Shown: positions 10,341 through 18,008 of the stretch, piece after piece
Layout of the letters: every line of letters begins with the position of its first letter
How positions within the stretch are numbered: position 1 is the first letter of the stretch
IMG/VR virus record: IMGVR_UViG_3300028840_002373
Coordinates: 1 to 56,600 of that record
Length of the DNA: 56,600 nucleotides
Reading direction: 5' to 3' (one strand)
Source of the DNA: a virus
Lineage: Duplodnaviria; Caudoviricetes
The notes under the pieces: generated by a model
The model's input: the letters and a program-made list of their open reading frames with translations, nothing else
Databases searched by the model: none
What the model was told of the DNA's origin: nothing
Translations under genes and position numbers: made by a program

Positions 10341-10618
10341 GTGATTATTTTTCAAATGAATACCACGAAATAGGTTATACAATTAATCGTAATGAATTAA
10401 TTAATGATTTAAGAAAACAATTGAAACAAAAGGAAAAACAGTTAAGTATAGGTGAAATTGATAAATATATATACATAACTGTTTTATACAACTCAAATAT
10501 AGAAATGATAAAGATACCAGATAAATATATTTTTCCTGTAAATATTCATCAAATATATTACATGATTTACAATAGCTTTCTTTCAGATAAAAGTGAATAT
10601 GATTCGATACACAATTAA
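10337..10618 (+). CDS. Hypothetical protein
   Basis: Overlapping ATGA coupling with the HTH gene. Confidence 0.5.
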   Translation: MSDYFSNEYHEIGYTINRNELINDLRKQLKQKEKQLSIGEIDKYIYITVLYNSNIEMIKIPDKYIFPVNIHQIYYMIYNSFLSDKSEYDSIHN

Positions 10619-10649
10619 AAAAAAGAATTATAGGCTATACTATAATAGT

Positions 10650-11069
10650 TTAGTCTATAATTCTCGTACCATAAGGTAATATTTTGTAAACTCCATTTTT
10701 CAGTTGTTTAACTATTTTTATCTTTGAATAATCTGAGAACTCAAAAGTCTGATATGTCATATTTAATATCCTATCTTCAATTTCAATTGTTCTTACATCT
10801 TTGTCAATTTCATACAATACATACATGACTGTTTCCATCGGCTCATTAATCATATTATCATTAGCTAATTTCTTATGAGCTTTATAGGCTAATGTATTTT
10901 TAATAGTAGGTTTTGGGGTGCGGTCTAGGATTAATGCAGTAACTTTAGTTACAATTGGTTCTGATTGCTTTTTAGATTTGAAATTTGGTTTAATAACTTT
11001 ATAACCAATGTATATGTGAATTATTAAGATTAAACCAATTATAATCATTATAATAGTATTCTTATTCAC
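10650..11069 (-). CDS. Hypothetical protein with N-terminal membrane anchor
   Basis: Hydrophobic N-terminal helix; coupled to upstream ORF. Confidence 0.55.
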   Translation of the reverse strand: MNKNTIIMIIIGLILIIHIYIGYKVIKPNFKSKKQSEPIVTKVTALILDRTPKPTIKNTLAYKAHKKLANDNMINEPMETVMYVLYEIDKDVRTIEIEDRILNMTYQTFEFSDYSKIKIVKQLKNGVYKILPYGTRIID

Positions 11070-11257
11070 AATTTATCACTCCTATTCAAGAAGATTTCTA
11101 TATTAATATCTAACCTTTTTAATTGTGATTTTAACGAATTAAATAAATCTTCATTCTTTTTATCTTTATATAAGTGAATATCAACAAAATTAATCCACTC
11201 ATTAATTTCATTGATATGTTGTTTAATTACATTATCTAATTCACTTTTAATATCCAT
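11066..11257 (-). CDS. Hypothetical protein
   Basis: ORF with AGGTGA RBS. Confidence 0.55.
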   Translation of the reverse strand: MDIKSELDNVIKQHINEINEWINFVDIHLYKDKKNEDLFNSLKSQLKRLDINIEIFLNRSDKL

Positions 11258-11264
11258 AATTCAC

Positions 11265-11498
11265 CTACTTAACTAACTCGTACTTCCTGTGAAATTCTTC
11301 ATATGATAACCAATAAATATTATCTTCATTGTTATGAACATATACATATTCATAACCGTTCCTATGTTTATCAGTTTCAACATATCTTAATTGGTTATCT
11401 ATAGCATACTCATAATAACTTTTTGGCATAGCGTAAATATCACTATCACTAAGAGAATAAACTTTACACTTGTATTTGTGCTTCTTCTTGTATACCAT
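11265..11498 (-). CDS. Hypothetical phage protein
   Basis: ORF with GGAGGG RBS. Confidence 0.55.
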   Translation of the reverse strand: MVYKKKHKYKCKVYSLSDSDIYAMPKSYYEYAIDNQLRYVETDKHRNGYEYVYVHNNEDNIYWLSYEEFHRKYELVK

Positions 11499-11516
11499 GT
11501 TTAACCCTCCATATCC

Positions 11517-11813
11517 TCAACCATCATTGTAACAAGTAGTACAATATTTTGACATATCATTAACATTCATAACAGTACACTTGTCACACAATACTTTACC
11601 GCATTTTTCACAGGTATTCTCACAACTTTCACATACCATAGCTTCACACATGTCACACTCTTGTATTCTATCTCTACAATCATTACAATAGTTACTATGA
11701 CATATTGAACATTGCTCATAATCTACATGCTTTGTTTCTGATGTTAATATCAGATTACCACATATACAATCATCCATTGTTTCCGTCACCTTCTTTAGAT
11801 TCAACATATTCAT
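11517..11813 (-). CDS. Cys-rich multi-CxxC (zinc-binding) protein
   Basis: At least seven CxxC pairs; true start probably MDDCICG. Confidence 0.65.
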   Translation of the reverse strand: MNMLNLKKVTETMDDCICGNLILTSETKHVDYEQCSICHSNYCNDCRDRIQECDMCEAMVCESCENTCEKCGKVLCDKCTVMNVNDMSKYCTTCYNDG

Positions 11814-11931
11814 TCATAAATTTAATTAATACATGTGACATTGTTCTACCATCACAAGCTTCTTTAAATTTTTGTTTTAATTCAGCACCAGCGATTACAA
11901 CTATTCTATCATCTTGTTTTTTAACACTCAT
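11770..11931 (-). CDS. Small ribbon-helix-helix protein (not in ORF track)
   Basis: MSVKKQDDRIVVIAGAELKQKFKEACDGRTMSHVLIKFMNEYVE...; AAGGAG RBS; first gene after a promoter. Confidence 0.6.
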   Translation of the reverse strand: MSVKKQDDRIVVIAGAELKQKFKEACDGRTMSHVLIKFMNEYVESKEGDGNNG

Positions 11932-11963
11932 TCATAACACTCCTTTATTTATTAATTGATTAT

Positions 11964-11992
11964 ATATTATCATGAATTATAATCAATGTCAA
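11964..11992 (-). promoter_or_regulatory. sigmaA-type promoter TTGACA-N17-TAATAT
   Basis: Member of the conserved phage promoter family, with extended TG. Confidence 0.8.
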
Positions 11993-12011
11993 TACTTTAT
12001 AACAATTAAAA

Positions 12012-12045
12012 AATAAGGACTATTTATACATAAGTCCTTATTCTT
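12012..12045 (-). terminator. Terminator after the primase-helicase
   Basis: aataaggact/agtccttatt stem with U-tract on the minus strand. Confidence 0.65.
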
Positions 12046-12103
12046 CTATATTTTACATTAGTTTGATTTTATGATATACTAATTATTGATTATTGATAAC
12101 TTT

Positions 12104-14446
12104 TTAAAAATTCGATAAATGTTGATATTGCGTTAATATATCATCTTTGATTTTCAGACCAATTAAGCCACGACTTGTTGGTTTTTTTGTTTTAGGATTT
12201 ATAACATGCTTACTTTCTTTAATTGATTTAAACTTACTAGATATTTCTTTTCTTAATTGTGACCCTGACTTTTTAAATTTTAGATTTTCTTCTTCACAAT
12301 AAAGTTTAAACCAATGCAAAAGATCACTTGTAACCAGTTGTCCATCTTCTTTTAACTCAAACCATTCATTAACAAAGTCAACTACTGGTGAATCTTGGGT
12401 AATATAGTCTTTTATGATTTCTTCATTTTCTGTAGTTGTGCTAAATTTTAAATTGTTGCTCATTAATCGCCTTAATCCTTCAAACATCCAATTAAAAACA
12501 GCTTCATAATTAAATTTATTCAGTATCTCAGTATCTTGTTTTTCTTTTGGACATATATTTTTAAATGGTATAATAATAAATCTATTAAAAAACTCAGGTG
12601 ATTTATCATAAGTCATAGGTAACTGATTTGCACTAAAGTACAATCTAGCTGTATTATATCCAAAAATACTATCTCTACCTTTTTTCTCATATTTCATTAA
12701 ATCATCACCAGTTAGTATTTTAATTGTACTAGTGTCTTCAATTGGTGTTGATGGTAAATCAGCACATACATTAACTAATTTAGATAACAAAGAAGCTGTG
12801 TTAAATCTTGAGTTTTTCTTTGTTAAATCTTGTAATGGTTCACCACTACTATTCTCAGTACCTATTATTTTTAATAGTGTACTAAGTATAACTGATTTAC
12901 CAGTATCACCTTTACCATAAAGCATAAAGAATTTTTTTGCTCTATTGTGAGGAATTAAAGCATAACCCATGATTTCTTGAAGTAGCTTTTGTTGATATTT
13001 TGGTAAAACATCATCTAAAAATTTACTAAATATCTCACATTTAGCTTCTGGATTATAGTTATGATTTAATTGTATAGTAGTTAATTTATCTGGTGAATGG
13101 TCTTCTTTAGTAAAATCAGAAGAACCATGCTTAACATTTAAGATACAATTTTTCATATTTATTTGTGTATTAGATGTATTGAATTTAGAAAATTTAATAA
13201 ATTCTCTAAGTAACTGTTTGTAAACTTCATCTACATACTTAGATTCTTTGAATTTATTGTTTTCTACATCTATCATATGATTCTCTATTAACTTAGTTAA
13301 TTGTTGTTTTTCTACAATATTATAAACACCATTATTATAACTGTATGTATTTTGCTCAGTATTAACTATATTATGCTCTACAACTAAATGATTTCTTAAT
13401 TTAGTATAATCTAACTTATAATTATTATTACCATCAATATAAAACCAGTCTTTATCTAATGTTTGATTTTGTTTACTAAAGTCTATCTTTAGATCAAACA
13501 TTTCATTTAATTTAACTACAGCTTTAAATGGTGTGATGTCTTCCATTAAAGCAACTAGGTCTATTACAGTACCGCCTTTTTCACACCCAAAACAATTAAA
13601 AGAATTAGTCACCTCATATATAGCCATACTTGGTGTATTATCGTCATGATCGGGTAATATACAGTTAATAAGTCCTCCATTATAATCAACATTATATTTT
13701 TCAAGAACATTAACAATATCCACTTCACTTTTGACAAAATCAAATACATTATTAATATCTTCTTTTCTCATTTCTGTATTTCTTTGATACTTGTCTTTAA
13801 CTTTGTTTACATCAATTTTACTTAGTAATTCAACTTTTTTATATAACTCATTTACGTTCCTTGTGGCTGATGGTAAATTGTCAACTTTATAATCTTTATA
13901 TACATTACCAGTTAAAACAATAGCATGTTTTTTTATAAATACTTCAATACCACTTTTATCTGGTAAGTTAGAATACTTAGAATGTACTTTTTTTAACTTG
14001 ACACTTTTATTATCTTGTTTAGATAATGTTTTTGTTACCTTATATATAAGATGTAAACCATAACCACTAATAGAATACTCGATATATGGTCTAGTTTTTT
14101 CTATCTCTAAAGTATCTAATACCTCTTTTCCCCAATCGTATAAATTTTTATTTTCATCAAAACATCTATCTAAGTCAATTACCACATAGTCATTATCAAG
14201 TAGATAACTATAATACAATTTTTTTGGATTATTTGCTGTAACTGTCATAAATGACTTATAACAACTTGAATCTTTCCATTTAACATAGTACCCGTTGACA
14301 TCAACTGGCGCTCTTGTCACAACATCACCGAACACCCATTTATTTTGCTCTTTTATTTCTCTAGGTATATTGTGAATATTATCGATATGAGTTGTATTTA
14401 TTACCTCTTTTATATTATTTGTCTCTATCTTATTTAAAACATCCAT
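12104..14446 (-). CDS. Primase-helicase: AEP/PrimPol domain + CHC2 zinc finger + D5/P4-family SF3 helicase
   Basis: VVIDLD and EYSISGYGLH (AEP); CILPDHDDNTPS...CFGC (CHC2); GKGDTGKS, KILTGDD, FSANQLP and RFIIIPF (SF3). Confidence 0.92.
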   Translation of the reverse strand: MDVLNKIETNNIKEVINTTHIDNIHNIPREIKEQNKWVFGDVVTRAPVDVNGYYVKWKDSSCYKSFMTVTANNPKKLYYSYLLDNDYVVIDLDRCFDENKNLYDWGKEVLDTLEIEKTRPYIEYSISGYGLHLIYKVTKTLSKQDNKSVKLKKVHSKYSNLPDKSGIEVFIKKHAIVLTGNVYKDYKVDNLPSATRNVNELYKKVELLSKIDVNKVKDKYQRNTEMRKEDINNVFDFVKSEVDIVNVLEKYNVDYNGGLINCILPDHDDNTPSMAIYEVTNSFNCFGCEKGGTVIDLVALMEDITPFKAVVKLNEMFDLKIDFSKQNQTLDKDWFYIDGNNNYKLDYTKLRNHLVVEHNIVNTEQNTYSYNNGVYNIVEKQQLTKLIENHMIDVENNKFKESKYVDEVYKQLLREFIKFSKFNTSNTQINMKNCILNVKHGSSDFTKEDHSPDKLTTIQLNHNYNPEAKCEIFSKFLDDVLPKYQQKLLQEIMGYALIPHNRAKKFFMLYGKGDTGKSVILSTLLKIIGTENSSGEPLQDLTKKNSRFNTASLLSKLVNVCADLPSTPIEDTSTIKILTGDDLMKYEKKGRDSIFGYNTARLYFSANQLPMTYDKSPEFFNRFIIIPFKNICPKEKQDTEILNKFNYEAVFNWMFEGLRRLMSNNLKFSTTTENEEIIKDYITQDSPVVDFVNEWFELKEDGQLVTSDLLHWFKLYCEEENLKFKKSGSQLRKEISSKFKSIKESKHVINPKTKKPTSRGLIGLKIKDDILTQYQHLSNF

Positions 14447-14460
14447 AGTATAATACCTCC

Positions 14461-14658
14461 TTACTTAACATTAGTTTTATAGTTGTCTTCTTTTAACTCT
14501 AAGTTATCAAAATTATTAATTAAAAATTCTAAAACAGTTGTCATATTTTTACCTTGAGATTTAGCTATATCTTCTAACTTTTCTATTGTCTCAGGGTAAA
14601 ATTTGTATGTTTTAGCTACCTTTTTTACTCTTTCTGGTTTAATCACTTTTAATTTCAT
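14461..14658 (-). CDS. Ribbon-helix-helix / CopG-like regulator
   Basis: VAKTYKFYPETIEKLEDIAKSQGKNMTTVLEFLI; first gene of the primase operon. Confidence 0.75.
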   Translation of the reverse strand: MKLKVIKPERVKKVAKTYKFYPETIEKLEDIAKSQGKNMTTVLEFLINNFDNLELKEDNYKTNVK

Positions 14659-14702
14659 TTATATCTACCTCCATTTATTTATTTGTTTTAATCGGTAAAT
14701 AC

Positions 14703-14731
14703 ATTCTATATCATATTAACATCAATGTCAA
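14703..14731 (-). promoter_or_regulatory. sigmaA-type promoter TTGACA-N17-TAGAAT
   Basis: Consensus match upstream of the RHH-primase operon. Confidence 0.8.
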
Positions 14732-14852
14732 TACTTTATAATAAATATTTTATCGTTAATACATTAACAAACTTATTTACATTGATTAGAAGATATGTTA
14801 ATATAGTAGTATTAACGATGATATATTTTTTTAAAACTTTTCAATAGTGTCT

Positions 14853-14918
14853 GAGAATTTGAAATTACTATTAGTTTCCTTGAATGTAAGAGAATTTGAA
14901 ATTACTATTAGTTTCCTT
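14853..14918 (+). repeat. 29-bp direct repeat with 37-bp period
   Basis: gagaatttgaaattactattagtttcctt at 14853 and 14890. Confidence 0.9.
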
Positions 14919-14937
14919 TAAGCGTTTAGTAGAAAAG

Positions 14938-14965
14938 AAAAGACCATATAAATGGTCTTTTTTTA
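14938..14965 (+). terminator. Intrinsic terminator
   Basis: aaaagaccat-ataa-atggtctttttttt. Confidence 0.75.
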
Positions 14966-15048
14966 TATTCATTAATATGCTATTATAAGATTGTAGAAAG
15001 ATATTTCCTTTTAATTTAATAATTTTAGTAAATTATAGATTCAAATAA

Positions 15049-15076
15049 GAAAAGACCATCTAATTTGGTCTTTTTC
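15049..15076. terminator. Bidirectional terminator, near copy of the 14938 hairpin
   Basis: aaaagacca-tctaatt-tggtcttttt. Confidence 0.75.
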
Positions 15077-15083
15077 TACGTTT

Positions 15084-16370
15084 TTACAAATCTTCACTAA
15101 CTCTATAACTTTTTGAATTATTTTTATAAATAACTTTTTCTTCTAATAATTTTGGTTTCAAGTTGTCTACTTCATATCTTTTCATTCCCATAAATAATGT
15201 TATTTTTGCAATTGGAAATTGCTTACCTTGCATATTATTATCTTTTAGAAATTTAACAATTTTAGTAATAGTTGTATCTGAATAATCAAAACCAATCTTT
15301 TTTGAACTTGAACTTTGAAAACCAATCTTTTGTTTTGAACTTGATCTTTTTTGATCTTTAGTTGATCTTTCAAGATCAGTTGAACTTTTTATTTGATCTT
15401 TATGTTTAAGACTTAAAGATTGGGAATCATTACTACAAGCTACTTCCAGAACTTCATCTTCAACATCAAGATCAGATTTACCAATCTTTTTTATTTGAAC
15501 TTGATCTTTGTCAAAAGATTGGTTGATCTTTTCTAGTTGATCTTGAACTTGATCTTTTTTATTTGAAGTTTCATTTACACCATTAGATAACTCACTTTCA
15601 TTTTTCAAATTATTTGCTAATTCTTTTGCTTGCTTTAATGATTTTTCTTTTAAAGCCTCTTGCATAATATCATTTGGTGTAATTTCTTTTTCAGTTTTAT
15701 TATTACAATATATATGTGAGAAAATAACAATTAATGATTCTAACATTATTGCAAATAAGAATGAAAATATTAGTAAAATCTTACTCTTGTTTACATTTGT
15801 TTGTTTTGATATATTATTAAATAGCTTATGATAACCTTTGTCGTTATCGATTTCAATAGTCTTATATTTATTTATCTTTTTATTTTGCAATGTAATCAAT
15901 TTATCATTTTCTTTTTTAATTGATTCTTGCATTTCTTTTTTTATTTTCATAAATTCATTAGTTACTTTAGCAATATTAGTTGTATGGTATTGATTCATAT
16001 TACCTGTATAATCATTAATACTTAGTTCATTGTATGATTTCTGTAAATCTGAAATAACATTCTTTTGTAACTCTATAGCTTTAATATTATTATTGTATTC
16101 AGTAGTAATGATTTGCTTTGTCTTTATTGCTGTAAAGTTCATAAAGTTACCCATTGAAGCAATTAAAGAAAAGGAAATTAGGATTAATGCTAATCCTAAG
16201 TATACACGATTCTTCTTTTCTAACCCTTTGTATATAATCACAGGTTTCGCTATATCAAATGTTACACCTAGTATTATAAAGAAAATACCCAATGACCTAT
16301 AAAATATAAAACTTAATATAACTGCTATACCTATAAATCCATAATACAATATATTATTTATTTTACTCAT
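15084..16370 (-). CDS. Multi-TM, coiled-coil protein with low-complexity linker and probable C-terminal winged helix
   Basis: Three N-terminal hydrophobic helices, long coiled coil, fourth TM, and C-terminal FPIAKITLFMGMKRYEVDNLKPKLLEEKVIYK...YRV. Confidence 0.65.
   Translation of the reverse strand: MSKINNILYYGFIGIAVILSFIFYRSLGIFFIILGVTFDIAKPVIIYKGLEKKNRVYLGLALILISFSLIASMGNFMNFTAIKTKQIITTEYNNNIKAIELQKNVISDLQKSYNELSINDYTGNMNQYHTTNIAKVTNEFMKIKKEMQESIKKENDKLITLQNKKINKYKTIEIDNDKGYHKLFNNISKQTNVNKSKILLIFSFLFAIMLESLIVIFSHIYCNNKTEKEITPNDIMQEALKEKSLKQAKELANNLKNESELSNGVNETSNKKDQVQDQLEKINQSFDKDQVQIKKIGKSDLDVEDEVLEVACSNDSQSLSLKHKDQIKSSTDLERSTKDQKRSSSKQKIGFQSSSSKKIGFDYSDTTITKIVKFLKDNNMQGKQFPIAKITLFMGMKRYEVDNLKPKLLEEKVIYKNNSKSYRVSEDL
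15292..15556 (+). repeat. Intragenic array of 8-bp TTGAWCTT repeats
   Basis: 14 exact copies counted by eye (15302, 15308, 15335, 15341, 15351, 15362, 15380, 15393, 15495, 15501, 15523, 15537, 15543, 15549) plus CCAATCTT and reversed variants. Confidence 0.85.
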
Positions 16371-16396
16371 TCCTTATTCCTCCTTGTAATTTAATA

Positions 16397-17020
16397 TCAT
16401 GCAAATATCATGCAATATAACCATAATAATATTGCAATAATTATTGATAATATAATCGGCATAGCTAACGATAAATATATAGCATAATCTATTCGTAACC
16501 CTAAAGATATGTAAGTTATTGAAAATGTTACACAAATAATAATACTCAATATTATACATATATATTTCATATTAGATTTATCACATACATTATTATTATT
16601 ATTAGTTTCAATTTCTTTTTCTGTGTTATTGAAATCTTTCATTGATAATTGATTAGTTTGTGAATCATATCCTATTAGTATAATATTTAATTTATACATA
16701 TTAATATAATCTTCTATTAACTTTAATTCACCTTTTGAACAATTCATATATGCTATACATAGTTTTACTTCTTTATCTATACAATCTCCATACATAACAT
16801 TGTATGTTAATATTTGACCTATATCATGTGCTTGTAATTGCTTTTTACATTCAATTAAAACAATAGATTTTTCACATTCTACATAAATATCTAAAGTTTT
16901 ATAAATACCATTTCTATGCAATGAATACTCTAATAAAATTTTTTCAATTTTATCATTAAACCAATTTTCTAATATATCTTTATTATCTTTTAATAATTCA
17001 GCAAATTGTCTTTCTTTCAT
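16397..17020 (-). CDS. PD-(D/E)XK nuclease-like protein with two C-terminal TM helices
   Basis: E...LDIY...LIECKK...IGQILTY (D-ExK-QxxxY), then two hydrophobic helices. Confidence 0.7.
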   Translation of the reverse strand: MKERQFAELLKDNKDILENWFNDKIEKILLEYSLHRNGIYKTLDIYVECEKSIVLIECKKQLQAHDIGQILTYNVMYGDCIDKEVKLCIAYMNCSKGELKLIEDYINMYKLNIILIGYDSQTNQLSMKDFNNTEKEIETNNNNNVCDKSNMKYICIILSIIICVTFSITYISLGLRIDYAIYLSLAMPIILSIIIAILLWLYCMIFA

Positions 17021-17103
17021 ATCAAAATTACCTCCTTTTGTTCATGTGCTAAACCCTTCTTATAACTAGGTTTTGCTAAAAATTACCCTATTTTAGATCC
17101 TAC

Positions 17104-17247
17104 TTAAAATTGTTCTTTTAAATATTGCTCAATTAATCTAGTTACCAACTTTGATACACTTTTATCGTTTTCGTAACAATGTTCACTTAGTTTATCCTTT
17201 AATTCCTTTGTAACTCTTATTGATATAGTTCTAATTTTTTTATCCAT
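17104..17247 (-). CDS. Ribbon-helix-helix protein, 47 aa (not in ORF track)
   Basis: MDKKIRTISIRVTKELKDKLSEHCYENDKSVSKLVTRLIEQYLKEQF; GGAGGT RBS. Confidence 0.8.
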   Translation of the reverse strand: MDKKIRTISIRVTKELKDKLSEHCYENDKSVSKLVTRLIEQYLKEQF

Positions 17248-17508
17248 ATTTAACTACCTCCTTATTATTTGATTACATTGTATCACATGTAATACTTGTA
17301 TACAAATGTAGCAACATCTATATACAATCATATAACAAAAACACCTTCGACTTTCTGTGATTACATTCACAAAACTCGTACATAATATGTGATTCATTAT
17401 TGATTATCAATAACACTATTGAATATTGACAGTATGATAAGGGTATAGTAGTATAATAATTAAACTAGTGATCGATTTATGAAGTAGTCCATAAGTCATA
17501 AAAAAAAA

Positions 17509-17540
17509 AAGAACTCATATAATTGTATGAGTTCTTTTTA
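17509..17540. terminator. Bidirectional terminator
   Basis: aagaactcata/tatgagttctt stem with A- and T-tracts. Confidence 0.75.
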
Positions 17541-18008
17541 ATAGTTTTCTTTCAGTAACTTATAGGTATTCTTCATTTCCTGTATATCCAGATCATTCAT
17601 AGGTCTAATATAGTCTTTATCGATTAAAATATCTAATCTTTTCTTAATTGTGTTTTTATCAATGTTACCAAAATATTGCCCTAGTTTTGCCAATGATGGT
17701 CTTTTGAATAATCCATCTTTACTATTGATTTTTATGTAGTAGAATAACATTTTTAATTGGTTATCTAGGGTTAACTTTTTATAATTTTGGTGATTTTTTT
17801 CTAAAAAATCGCCCATATTAGGTGTATTTTTAGTTTGCTCACCAGTTAAAGAGTTCATGTATCGAAACACGCTTATATCAAAGGGTTGAATTAGTTTTAT
17901 TTCTGGTGAATCACTTAGTGACTTGTTGTGATTCTTGGTGAGTGATTTCTTCTTTGTCTTCTGTAAGTTCAATTTTGGCAAGATTAATTCTTTTAGTTGA
18001 TTTATCAT
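17538..18008 (-). CDS. Winged-helix DNA-binding protein overlapping the FtsK 3' end
   Basis: RPSLAKLGQYFGNIDKNTIKKRLDILIDKDYIRP wHTH pattern; own AAAGGA RBS. Confidence 0.6.
   Translation of the reverse strand: MINQLKELILPKLNLQKTKKKSLTKNHNKSLSDSPEIKLIQPFDISVFRYMNSLTGEQTKNTPNMGDFLEKNHQNYKKLTLDNQLKMLFYYIKINSKDGLFKRPSLAKLGQYFGNIDKNTIKKRLDILIDKDYIRPMNDLDIQEMKNTYKLLKENY

Noticed and set aside
14853-14918. Mini CRISPR array (unit can be read GTTT...TTGAAAT)
   Set aside because: The intervening sequences are only 8 nt, far too short for spacers, and no cas genes are present
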